Shown: positions 8,639 through 18,232, counted from the stretch's first letter. The stretch is 64,000 nucleotides of DNA from an uncultured Desulfosarcina sp. (GCA_963674945.2 CAXXWQ010000003.1:256001-320000), one strand, 5' to 3'. Made by a program: numbers and translations. Notes: generated by a model not told the origin, from the letters alone.

Positions 8639-9841
8639 TTATGCTTTGGTGATCCCGGCCTCCAATGCCAGTTCCAAGATGTCCAGTGTATCTATATCGG
8701 AGCCTGCTGCATCGATACCATCGATGATGTTTCTCTTGCAGGAAGGGCATGCGGATAGGACGACTTCTGCGCCGACTTCTTCGGCCTGGGCCGCCTTGTC
8801 CATTCCAATCTCCACCGCCAAGTCGTAGTTGATACCCTTGACGCCACCACCGCCGCCACAACACCAGGTTTTTTCACGGTTTCTGACGAATTCCACAATC
8901 TCGATTCCTGGGATGGCTTCGAGAATCTTCCTCGGCTCGTCAAAAACCCGCATGTCACGCCCCAGTTCACAAGGATCGTGATAGACCACCTTCTTTTTCA
9001 CCTCCTTGGTAAACTTCACCTTACCTTGCTCGATCTGCTCTGCCAGTATCTGAACGATGTGTTTTGCCTGGATCTTGTAATCGTCGCCCTCCAACTTCAG
9101 CATCTTGGGATAATCCTGAACGAGGATCCGATAGCAACCGGCGCAGGAAGCGATCACCTTCTTGCCCTTCATCAGCTCATAATTATGCCGCATCAAATCC
9201 CTTGCCAAAAACAGGTTTCCCATCATCAGCATGGGATTGCCGCAACAATGCTCTTCCTCTCCCAGGATGTTAAAGGGGATGTCCAGTATGTTGAGGATCT
9301 TTCCCGTTGCCTGAGCGATCTCTATTTCCCGAAAACTCGACAGGCACCCGACGAAATAGGTAGTATCGGCATTGGGATCCAGTTTGATGTCGGCATCCTC
9401 CGCCCACTCGCCTCTCTCCTCGTTGGGATAGCCCATTACATTCTGTGATTTCTCAACGGTATCGCAGAACATGTGGACCTCATCGGGAAGTTTGGCACCG
9501 GAAGAATATAGTTCGGCTCTTATTGCCTTAACGATGTGCGGATGATCGATCAGCGGGCCAAAGGTTTCCATATCCACGGCACCGCAGGTTTCACGACAGT
9601 TTCCACAGAGAAGACACTCGTAGATCGCCTGGACCGGAGCATCGGTGATATCGTATCTACCCTCTAAGACGTTCCTGCCTACCTCTACCCTGCCAATGGG
9701 GAAATTGGTCCAGAATCCCGCCGTATGCTCACCCGCAGGGCACACCCTGAACACCTTCTGTTCCAAACTATACTTTGAACGACATACGCCACATCGGACG
9801 CACCTCGTCACGCCTTTACGATATTTCTCTAACTCACCCAT
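8639..9841 (-). CDS. Fe-S oxidoreductase, GlcF/HdrD-like (2x 4Fe-4S plus 2 CCG domains) (module B)
   Basis: CVRCGVC...CP, CLLCGNCRETC, YFVGC, CCG, SCAGC, YHDPCELGR, CCGGGGG, ACPSC. Confidence 0.92.
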   Translation of the reverse strand: MGELEKYRKGVTRCVRCGVCRSKYSLEQKVFRVCPAGEHTAGFWTNFPIGRVEVGRNVLEGRYDITDAPVQAIYECLLCGNCRETCGAVDMETFGPLIDHPHIVKAIRAELYSSGAKLPDEVHMFCDTVEKSQNVMGYPNEERGEWAEDADIKLDPNADTTYFVGCLSSFREIEIAQATGKILNILDIPFNILGEEEHCCGNPMLMMGNLFLARDLMRHNYELMKGKKVIASCAGCYRILVQDYPKMLKLEGDDYKIQAKHIVQILAEQIEQGKVKFTKEVKKKVVYHDPCELGRDMRVFDEPRKILEAIPGIEIVEFVRNREKTWCCGGGGGVKGINYDLAVEIGMDKAAQAEEVGAEVVLSACPSCKRNIIDGIDAAGSDIDTLDILELALEAGITKA

Positions 9842-9853
9842 TCTGCCGCCTCC

Positions 9854-11308
9854 TTACGCAAAGAATACACCGGGATTCATGATGTTATTGGGGTCCATAG
9901 TTTTCTTCATGGTCTTGACAAAGTGATAGAATTCCGGCGTCCAATACCTTGCCTGGACCCTGGACATGTGACCCTGGGTGGCCTCCATCACATATCCGCG
10001 CTTAGCAGATTCTTCCAGGAAATCCGCCCACATTTCATAAACTTCCCTGTGAAGCTCTTTATCGGTTTCATCCAGAAACGGGATAAAGGTTGTCATCCCA
10101 TAGCCTGGCCCCGATGACAGAAGGCCGGTGATCAACTGCATTTTGTCGTCGATGCCTCTGTCCTTCAGCCGTTTGAAGAAAAACTCGCGGCCCCACTTGT
10201 AGTTATCCAGAATGTCTCTTCGCGATACGATGAGCTCCAATAACGGTACGCTGCCCATCGTGGCCATATTGTTCATGTCATGGGCAAAATCGAGAAAGGT
10301 CTGGGTGAAAGTCACCACACCCGGCGTAGCCTGTGTTCCTCCGTGCCGTGTGTAACATTCGTCGGCAATCTTGTACTTTAAATCGACCTCTTCCTCGCTG
10401 AGGCCGATATTGATGAAAAACAAGATCCACTTTTTTGGCCCCCCGGGATCGATCATATCGATGTACTCCGGACCGAGCAGCATCCCACTGGTGTATGGCT
10501 GTATATACAAATAGGGGTCCACATTCCACAATTCACTATAGGCTGCAAACGCTTGATCCACCGTATCGAAAAAGTAAGCGTTGCCTTTGCGCGCTTTGGG
10601 CAGTGGGAACATGCGATAGGTTGCCTCGACCTTTATTCCGAACATCCCCCCGTCACCGACGAATAGACCGGCCATGTCCGGGCCATGCATTCCCCTGGCC
10701 CAGCTGTTGCCTCGATACTGGCTAAGCGTCCCCTGGCCCGTTCCGGTGTCCACGATTTCCCCATTGGGCAGAACCACCTTTACGCCATTCAGGTAATGAT
10801 AATTCCATCCGATGGAGTAACTGTACCGGCCGAATCCCCCACCCGGTTCCCCGCTGATGTGACCGCCGAGTGTGTTGATATAGTGGGGAACGCCGGCAGT
10901 GTGGATATCATATCCCTTCTCGTTAACTTTACTGGCCAGCTCGCCCAGGGTTATGCCGCACTGAGCGGTTACCGCCGTATTTTCCTCATCGATCTCAAGT
11001 ACTTTGTCCATTCGCCGCATGTCTACGATAATAGCCCTTCCCGGTTGTCCCTTGGGCACACCGGAAATCGAGGCTTTTCCTCCCATGGGAACCAGAGGGG
11101 TGCGCGTCTGGTTTGCCAGCCTGACAATCTCGACAACCTCCTCCGTTGAACCGGGGCGTGCTACGACACCCTGGGCACTTGCCGGTGGAACACAACTTGT
11201 ATCCTTGGTATAGGATAAAAGAACGGAATAATCATCCGAGACATATGTGGAACCAACGATCGACTGCAATTCCTGATATAGCTCGTGATGTGCTCTAGCT
11301 AATACCAT
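9854..11308 (-). CDS. FAD-binding oxidoreductase, GlcD/D-lactate dehydrogenase/ADPS (VAO) family (module B)
   Basis: RPGSTEEV, PMGGKAS, VDMRRMDKV, TLGGHI, GDGGMFGI, MDPNNIMNPG. Confidence 0.92.
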   Translation of the reverse strand: MVLARAHHELYQELQSIVGSTYVSDDYSVLLSYTKDTSCVPPASAQGVVARPGSTEEVVEIVRLANQTRTPLVPMGGKASISGVPKGQPGRAIIVDMRRMDKVLEIDEENTAVTAQCGITLGELASKVNEKGYDIHTAGVPHYINTLGGHISGEPGGGFGRYSYSIGWNYHYLNGVKVVLPNGEIVDTGTGQGTLSQYRGNSWARGMHGPDMAGLFVGDGGMFGIKVEATYRMFPLPKARKGNAYFFDTVDQAFAAYSELWNVDPYLYIQPYTSGMLLGPEYIDMIDPGGPKKWILFFINIGLSEEEVDLKYKIADECYTRHGGTQATPGVVTFTQTFLDFAHDMNNMATMGSVPLLELIVSRRDILDNYKWGREFFFKRLKDRGIDDKMQLITGLLSSGPGYGMTTFIPFLDETDKELHREVYEMWADFLEESAKRGYVMEATQGHMSRVQARYWTPEFYHFVKTMKKTMDPNNIMNPGVFFA

Positions 11309-11371
11309 TGATCTTCCTCCGTTTGAAAATTACCGATTCTCCTTTAGCGCGTGTAAGCCATTTACGTAAGC

Positions 11372-12034
11372 TTACACACCCCTTTGGGAACGGATTGTCT
11401 TGACCTTGCCTATGGCATCGACGGCGTTTTCGCCGAAGGCGTCGGCCCCAACTTCGTCGCACCACTCCTGCGTCATTCCCCAACCACCGATTAGATAGAT
11501 CACATCATCCCTTATCCCGGCTTCCACCAAGGCTTGATTGATCACTTTGCAGTATGGCTTCAGCGGTCCGAGGATCGCCGAGGCGCCTACGACCAGTGCA
11601 TTATTCTCTTTTACCGCCTTTACGAATGCTTCGGCCGGTTGGTTCTCTCCAATATCAATTACCTTGTATCCTGCGCCGAGAAACAAAGAGGAAACGATTC
11701 GCTTGCCGATGTTGTGATCGTCACCTTCCACGGTACCAATCACCAGCGTATCCCCCGAGTATTTATCATCTCCAGCGCTGGCTTCTATGGCGGGACGCAG
11801 TATCGGCATGGCATCGCCCATCAGTTCTCCTGCGATCACCATGTCGGCCATGAACCTCTCACCGGTCTCGAAACCTTCGCCAATGATGGTCAAACCGGGG
11901 CTCAATCCGTCCATGATCATATCCATAGGCGCCAGATTCTCCGATAGACCATCTTTGAGCAGTGTATGAATGTTCTCCTCATCGAGGTCGATCATCGCCT
12001 GTTTCAGGCCGGCTAAAATTTCTTCCTTTGGCAT
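11372..12034 (-). CDS. Corrinoid methyl-carrier protein (module A)
   Basis: Start reassigned to ATG 12034 (MPKEEIL) after AAGGAG; GTVEGDDHNIGK, VGASA; paralog of 6196-6885. Confidence 0.93.
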   Translation of the reverse strand: MPKEEILAGLKQAMIDLDEENIHTLLKDGLSENLAPMDMIMDGLSPGLTIIGEGFETGERFMADMVIAGELMGDAMPILRPAIEASAGDDKYSGDTLVIGTVEGDDHNIGKRIVSSLFLGAGYKVIDIGENQPAEAFVKAVKENNALVVGASAILGPLKPYCKVINQALVEAGIRDDVIYLIGGWGMTQEWCDEVGADAFGENAVDAIGKVKTIRSQRGV

Positions 12035-12074
12035 CCTTCGGTACTCCTTCTTACCGTTTTGGTCTGGAAGTCGA

Positions 12075-13286
12075 TTAGTATTTACCGTATTTCTTTGCGG
12101 CGGCAATGGCAGCATCGACGTGCGCCTGCGGGGTATGGTAGTCAATCGCCCCGATCCCTATGGAGAACTTGGGGTGATCCTTTCCATATTCACACCGCAT
12201 TTTAACATCCTCTTCGATATCTGCGGTCGGTCCATCCAGTACGGTCTTGTCCGAAGAGAGGCAGATACATTGAATGTCGTACTCTTTAGAGCTATCGACT
12301 GTCTTTATATGATCCAATCCGCCACCGGTAACCCATCCTTTCAGGCCTTCCGGTCCCATTATCCCTCTTTCAACCACGTGTGGGAGCCACACCGCATCGG
12401 CGGCCACACCAGCCGTGTAATAGACGGGGATGTGGGCACCCACGGTTTTGCAGACCTTTTCATGGTGGTCCAGTGTCCACTCATTTCCCTTTACCGGCAA
12501 CCAGCCGAGCCCGGCAGAAATCCAGAGCGCGTCGGCTCCCATCTCATGGGCGGCAAGACATGAATTAATGTAAAGTTCGTCCGCCATCTCCACGCACTTC
12601 TTAAGCAATTCAGGGTTCTTACGTGTAAGCACCATCAATCCGCTGATACCCGTCATGCCCAGCATCACGATGGCAACCGGTTCGCAAAGAACACCGACCA
12701 TCATCGGCAGAGACTCGGACAAATTAAACTCGTCAAGGAATTTCCTGCACTCTCTTACGGCCCACAGGTATCCGGGGTAGAGGCCATGCTTCCTATGGTC
12801 GGGAATTTCCAGCCCCTCCAGATCCTCCATGGTCTTTATCGCAGGGTCTCCCACCACGACCGGGTTGCCATAATCGATCAACTTAGAATTTGCTCCCCAC
12901 AGATCTTCTGTATAACCGGTTGTATAGGGGAAAATCCAATCCGCTTTGAATCTGGCCGTAAAGGCAAAGTGCTGCTTTACCAGCAGTTTTGGATTTCTGT
13001 ACCCGTCTATCGGCTTTAGCGCATCTGCATTGGAATCCAGTGTTCGAATGGCGTAGACATTAAAAGGCGCCGTTGCAACGAAACAACGGTCTTTTTCCTT
13101 GCCTTCCTGTGTAGCAATCCACCGCTCACGCGGAGTCATCTCTTCTTCTTCGATATTTTTATGTATCTTCTCGCAATAGCGCTCGATTTCCAGTTTCTCT
13201 TCGGCAGACCACTCGAAATGGAGTTCATCCAAAGGCGTGTCATACCAATCGGGCGCATTTTGCATTCTGATCCGTTCTTTAGCCAA
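12075..13286 (-). CDS. URO-D-family corrinoid methyltransferase (module A)
   Basis: TTG start after AGGAGG; MTPRERW, IKTMEDLEGLEIPD, GADALWISAG, TPQAHVDAAIAAAKKYGKY. Confidence 0.88.
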   Translation of the reverse strand: MAKERIRMQNAPDWYDTPLDELHFEWSAEEKLEIERYCEKIHKNIEEEEMTPRERWIATQEGKEKDRCFVATAPFNVYAIRTLDSNADALKPIDGYRNPKLLVKQHFAFTARFKADWIFPYTTGYTEDLWGANSKLIDYGNPVVVGDPAIKTMEDLEGLEIPDHRKHGLYPGYLWAVRECRKFLDEFNLSESLPMMVGVLCEPVAIVMLGMTGISGLMVLTRKNPELLKKCVEMADELYINSCLAAHEMGADALWISAGLGWLPVKGNEWTLDHHEKVCKTVGAHIPVYYTAGVAADAVWLPHVVERGIMGPEGLKGWVTGGGLDHIKTVDSSKEYDIQCICLSSDKTVLDGPTADIEEDVKMRCEYGKDHPKFSIGIGAIDYHTPQAHVDAAIAAAKKYGKY

Positions 13287-13348
13287 GGCCTTCACCTCCT
13301 TGCTCTTTTGGGCATGGGTTTGGCAATTCGGTTACCCTTAACAGACGA

Positions 13349-13795
13349 TTACACCTCTTCTTTGGCGATCTCCGTGATGTCTTTCTTCATCCACTCGGCG
13401 GCTTCGGTAGAGTCTCCCTTCACCAGCCGGGTCATGTCGTCATCCAGGTCGGACGGCTCGATAATCACCAGCCAACCATCGCCATAAGGATCTTCGTTGA
13501 CCAGCGTCGGATTGTCCAACACCGCCTGGTTGGCCTCCACGATCGTTCCGCTTACGGGTGACAACAATGGTCCGACCCACTTGGCCGTCTCCAGAGTTCC
13601 GAATCGTTTTCCCTGCTTCACTTTCTTGCCGGCTGGGAAAAGCCTCATGAACTTGAGTTCTCCGGCCTGCTTCTGGGCAAAGTCGTCTACGCCGACTCTG
13701 ATTTTGCCGTCTTCGTTTTTCGCCCAGCTGTGCGCCGTGTCCTGCGGCCAGTAGTGAAGATCCTTGTCTACCCAATACTTACCAATCTTCGGCAT
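13349..13795 (-). CDS. GcvH-like lipoate-binding protein (module A)
   Basis: HSWA, RVGVDDFAQKQAG, LETAKWVGPLLSPVSG (lipoyl-Lys), VNEDPYGDGWL. Confidence 0.92.
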   Translation of the reverse strand: MPKIGKYWVDKDLHYWPQDTAHSWAKNEDGKIRVGVDDFAQKQAGELKFMRLFPAGKKVKQGKRFGTLETAKWVGPLLSPVSGTIVEANQAVLDNPTLVNEDPYGDGWLVIIEPSDLDDDMTRLVKGDSTEAAEWMKKDITEIAKEEV

Positions 13796-13807
13796 ATTTT
13801 ATTCTCC

Positions 13808-15004
13808 TTATGCTTTTGCGATCCCAGCTTCGATACACAGTTCAAGGACGTCCAACATGTCCAGATCGGAACCGGCGGCCTTGATGCCGTCATTGATGTT
13901 GGTCTTGCAGGATGGACAGGCGGATACGATTACCGTGGCGCCGACTTCATTGGCCTGTGCCACCTTGTCCGTAGCGATCTCCACGGAAAGGTCGAAGTCG
14001 AATCCTTTGACACCGCCACCGCCGCCACAGCACCAGGTCTGCTCTTTGTTACTGAAAAACTCCACCACCTCGAGTCCGGGAATCGCGGCAAGGATCTTCC
14101 TCGGCTCATCATACGTCTGCGTGTCTCGACCCAGTTCGCAAGGATCGTGATAGACCACCTTCTTTTTGACCTCTTTGGTGAACTTCACCTTGCCCTGCTC
14201 GATCTGCTCGGCCAGTACCTGAACGATGTGTTTGGGTGTAATCTTGTAATCGTCGCCTTCCAGTTTCAGAATCTTGGGATAATCCTGAAGGAGAACGCGA
14301 TAGCAGCCGGCACAGGAGGCGATCACCGTCTTGTCCTTCATTCTTTCATAGTTGTGACGCATCAGATCGCGGGCCAGCATCAGGTTGCCCATCATCAGCA
14401 TGGGATTGCCGCAGCAACTCTCTTCCTCTCCCAGTATGTTAAAGGGGATGTCCAGAATGTTGAGAACCTTACCCACCGCCTGGGCGATCTCCACTTCCCG
14501 AAAGCTGGAAAGGCATCCGACAAAATAGGTGGTGTCGGCATTGGGATCCAGTTTGATGCCCGCATCTTCCACCCAGTCGGCGCGCTCTTCGTTGGGAAAT
14601 CCCATGACGTTCTGGTTTTTTTCAATGGCCGTACAGAACATGTCGACGTGCTCCGGTAACTCGACCCCGGAGTTGAACAGGTCCGCTCTCAGGGCCTTGG
14701 TGATATGGGGCTGAATGATCCTGGGCTTGAATGTCTCCAGGTCCAGGCACCCGCAGGCCTGCCGGCAGTTGCCACAGAGAAGACAACTGTATGCATATTC
14801 GGCCAGCTTCGGGGTTATTTCAACGGTTCCCTCGAGAACGCCCCTGGCCATCTGATTCCTTCCACGGGATGAATAAACCTCGAAACCTTCGGTATGTTCC
14901 CGAATGGGACAGATCTTCCTGTCGCCCCAGGGGCTGTATTTATGAACGCAGACTCCGCATCGAGTGCACCCGTAGATACCTTTTACGTGTTTTTCTAATT
15001 CCAT
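13808..15004 (-). CDS. Fe-S oxidoreductase, GlcF/HdrD-like (module A)
   Basis: CTRCGVC...CP, CLLCGNCRQAC, two CCG domains; paralog of 8639-9841. Confidence 0.92.
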   Translation of the reverse strand: MELEKHVKGIYGCTRCGVCVHKYSPWGDRKICPIREHTEGFEVYSSRGRNQMARGVLEGTVEITPKLAEYAYSCLLCGNCRQACGCLDLETFKPRIIQPHITKALRADLFNSGVELPEHVDMFCTAIEKNQNVMGFPNEERADWVEDAGIKLDPNADTTYFVGCLSSFREVEIAQAVGKVLNILDIPFNILGEEESCCGNPMLMMGNLMLARDLMRHNYERMKDKTVIASCAGCYRVLLQDYPKILKLEGDDYKITPKHIVQVLAEQIEQGKVKFTKEVKKKVVYHDPCELGRDTQTYDEPRKILAAIPGLEVVEFFSNKEQTWCCGGGGGVKGFDFDLSVEIATDKVAQANEVGATVIVSACPSCKTNINDGIKAAGSDLDMLDVLELCIEAGIAKA

Positions 15005-15037
15005 TTATTTTTACCTCTCGCTTACGATAGGACGAAT

Positions 15038-16480
15038 TTATAGATCCCAAATTCCTGGATTCATGATGTTATTCGGGTCGAATGCCTTTTTAAGCTTTCT
15101 CATGAAATCGAAACGCTCTTTGGGCCAGAATTTGGCCATCATTCGCGTCCCCCAGCCCTGATGACAATCCGGGTACCATCCGTTGGAACATGCAAATTCG
15201 GTAGCATCCAAGAAGAGTTGCTGCATTACTTGTCGCGCGTGCGGGTCCTCTCCCTTGGTCCATACGGGCATGGAAACGATCCAGGCGGCCGAACCGGTGG
15301 GAATCATGGTCTCGTTGGAATTGAACGCGACACCTTCCTTGTTGAGCCTGTCGTAGATAAAGTCTCTCATCCCTTGATGGCACGCCGCCACCTGAGAACG
15401 GGCGATATAATACTCAAAAAACGCCCATGTACCCAGGCTGCCGAATTCACCCATCTCCCGGTGTCGCTGCCCATCGAGGGATTGTTTCTTCCAGTCTTCC
15501 GCCGCCGCATGCGTGGCTTCTTCAATTGAATGTTTCGACGCCAGGTCTTTAATGATCTCCAATTTGGCGTCCGTCTCTTTTTGCGTGGTTCCTTTGGCGA
15601 TAATGATGCACATGTGTTTTTTCATGCCCATCATTTCCTGGAATATCTTCACCGGCACGATGATCGCCATGCAGTAATAAGGAAGCGGTTCGACAACACT
15701 CAGCTCCCGGCAGTAATCGTATGCCTGATCCCAACTGTCGCAGTCGAAAGCCAGCGGTACTCTTATGGGAGTATCCTTATACATGCGATACGTGGCTTCC
15801 ACCTTGATCCCGAATGTGCCGGCATCGCCGATAAACATCCCGGTAAGATCCGGGTTTCCCGGATAACGATCGTAGATCATATCGCAGTGAACGTTGCTCC
15901 CCGCACCGGCGCCGGTTTGTACGATCGATCCATCGGGAAGAACCACCTTCACGCCGGGAATATGCGTGGCGTTAAATCCTGCGACAAACAATTCCATTCC
16001 GCCGCCACCGCCGGCAAAACCGGCGATTTGCCCGCCAAGCGTGTCCGGATAAAAGGGTTGAAACGCAGTATGGACATCCCATCCCCGATCCCAAATATAG
16101 GTGGAGAATTCGGATGTGGTCATGCCGGCTTCGGCGGTGACCGTCAGATTGTACTCGTCGAAGTTCAGCATCTTGTTCATGCGCGTCATGTCGACCACGA
16201 TGCCTTTTCCATGCAGCCCCTTGGGAGTGCCGTAGAAAGATGCCCTTCCCCCGCTGGGCACGATGGGAATCTTGGTAGCGTTGGCCAGTTTTACGATATC
16301 CACGACCTCGTCCGTGCATGAGGGACGTACCACGATCCCCTGCTTGTTCGGTGGTAGCGGACTGGTATCCCTGCTATAGGTCTCCAACACCACATCTTCG
16401 TCAGTGACATATTTAGGGCCGACGATTCCTCCCAGATCATAGTACAATGGGTGATGTGCTTTCCGAACGACGACAGCCAT
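15038..16480 (-). CDS. FAD-binding oxidoreductase, GlcD/VAO family (module A)
   Basis: Start reassigned to ATG 16480 (MAVVVRK) after AGGAGG; PSGGRAS, TLGGQI, GDAGTFGI, FDPNNIMNPG. Confidence 0.92.
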   Translation of the reverse strand: MAVVVRKAHHPLYYDLGGIVGPKYVTDEDVVLETYSRDTSPLPPNKQGIVVRPSCTDEVVDIVKLANATKIPIVPSGGRASFYGTPKGLHGKGIVVDMTRMNKMLNFDEYNLTVTAEAGMTTSEFSTYIWDRGWDVHTAFQPFYPDTLGGQIAGFAGGGGGMELFVAGFNATHIPGVKVVLPDGSIVQTGAGAGSNVHCDMIYDRYPGNPDLTGMFIGDAGTFGIKVEATYRMYKDTPIRVPLAFDCDSWDQAYDYCRELSVVEPLPYYCMAIIVPVKIFQEMMGMKKHMCIIIAKGTTQKETDAKLEIIKDLASKHSIEEATHAAAEDWKKQSLDGQRHREMGEFGSLGTWAFFEYYIARSQVAACHQGMRDFIYDRLNKEGVAFNSNETMIPTGSAAWIVSMPVWTKGEDPHARQVMQQLFLDATEFACSNGWYPDCHQGWGTRMMAKFWPKERFDFMRKLKKAFDPNNIMNPGIWDL

Positions 16481-16911
16481 TCTAAACCTCCTTGTGCAAA
16501 AGTTACTTTTTTGAAAGCGCTGATTGGAACGATAAATGAAATTCAGTTTGCTGATTATTTGTCCTACGCCAACATTCACTGTATCTAAGGGTTACACGAG
16601 GTTCACCGGAAGCTTACCGATGGCATTTGATTTCAACTCCATAGTATTGGAAACCGAATGGGTGAATCATCAGAAAATCTTTTCTCGGCAAAAAGTGGTC
16701 GGCGACCTTTCTCAAAGGTCGCAACAATCGAAAAGGCATCATTTTCTGCTTGATTGCGCAACACCACAGTCGTGCGAAACATTGCCCCTTTCCGGTTTGC
16801 CTTTATCCCCCATGGTTCTGAGTAGATTCAATCCAAGGGTGGCGGGCAGAAGTCAGCTCAATTTTCGCCAATTCGTTTTGTAAATAAAAACGATTCATTC
16901 TCAAAGCCAAC

Positions 16912-16939
16912 ACTATACAATCGTATATGGCCATGTCAA
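16912..16939 (-). promoter_or_regulatory. Sigma70-type promoter for the corrinoid operon
   Basis: TTGACA-N16-TATAGT on the minus strand. Confidence 0.55.
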
Positions 16940-17285
16940 GTTATTATGTCAATCTTTTTCTTATTTTTTTTGGCATTTTTCATTTTTAACAAATTTTCAA
17001 TCTATTATTGACAATTTTATATTTTTATTATTGTCATATTGTAATCTTCTACTAACCAATTTATCGTTAATAGCAATTGACACACCATATTTATTGCCAT
17101 TTTTAAATTTTTTCACTATTTTTGATGTTTTTTTACATGTTTATTCGAATTTATTTTGTCATTTTTAATTAGTTAGATGAGCTTTATTGAATAAAAGATG
17201 GCAGTTATGGTATAGGAATTTTTTACATTTCACGACACACGACAATTGATTCAAACTGTATTATCACGGAGGTTTATAAAATATA

Positions 17286-18218
17286 GTGCAACTCGATAAA
17301 GTTGATCTCATGATTATGGAAGAATTGAAGGAGGATGTAAGACAGCCCGTTCACGCACTGGCAAAAAAGCTGGGGATGAAACGAACAACCGTTACGTATC
17401 GGTTGAACAGGCTTAGATCCGAAGGTATTCTGAGAATCGCTTGTGTCGGTGACCCTGAACTTCTAGGATATCAATTTCTGCTTTTAATCGGGATCAACGT
17501 TACCCCTGGCAAGGTTGACAATGTGATCAATGAATTGGTCTGCCTGCCGGCAGTTGTCGTCGTAACCCTTACCGCTGGCAGGTACAACATTTTGGCGTGG
17601 GCTCTTTTGCGCGATCGTCCATCTTTTGCGAACTTGGTATCGGAGCATCTGACGAAGATACCTCATGTTCTGTCTCTCGATCTCATGCACTCTTTTCAAT
17701 GGATTAGAGATGATTTGAATTATTTCAAATCTCAAGTCGGCGATGTTCGCAAACCTCCGGAATATAGTCCCAGCGACACAGACTTGGCCATCGTTCGGGC
17801 CATGGAGATTGATCCCCGGCAAACTGTCGCAGCATTGGCAAAAACCGTTGGCTGCAGCAGATCCGTTGCAAAGAGAAGATTGGACAGCCTCGTGTCCGAT
17901 GGTATCATCAGGTTTGTCAGTCTTGTTGATCCAAAAGGATTGAAATACGAAATATGGGTAGTTATTTTGGTTAAATCGCAACCTGATAAACAGTATGCTG
18001 TGGCGAAAGAGCTGTCAATGCAAAGTACTTCCACTCATGTCAGCCTGATCACAGGTCAATGGCATATATTCGTAGCAGCGCGGTTTAAAAAAAATGAAGA
18101 AATGTACAATTTTATGTCGAATACACTGTCTTCAATTCCCGGCATTCTGGAGTTCGAGGTTATTCACCTATTAAAAATTCCGAAATACTCATTTAGTAGC
18201 TTTCTCGATTCGAATTAA
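17286..18218 (+). CDS. Tandem (double-domain) Lrp/AsnC transcriptional regulator
   Basis: Two HTH+RAM repeats (LDKVDLMIMEELKEDVRQ..., SDTDLAIVRAMEIDPRQ...); divergent from the operon. Confidence 0.9.
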   Translation: MQLDKVDLMIMEELKEDVRQPVHALAKKLGMKRTTVTYRLNRLRSEGILRIACVGDPELLGYQFLLLIGINVTPGKVDNVINELVCLPAVVVVTLTAGRYNILAWALLRDRPSFANLVSEHLTKIPHVLSLDLMHSFQWIRDDLNYFKSQVGDVRKPPEYSPSDTDLAIVRAMEIDPRQTVAALAKTVGCSRSVAKRRLDSLVSDGIIRFVSLVDPKGLKYEIWVVILVKSQPDKQYAVAKELSMQSTSTHVSLITGQWHIFVAARFKKNEEMYNFMSNTLSSIPGILEFEVIHLLKIPKYSFSSFLDSN

Positions 18219-18232
18219 CCGAGATACAAATA

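Noticed and set aside
16778..16806. c-di-GMP-I riboswitch-like GGCAAACC..GAAA on the minus strand
   Set aside because: The following GACGCAAAG segment and second stem are missing.
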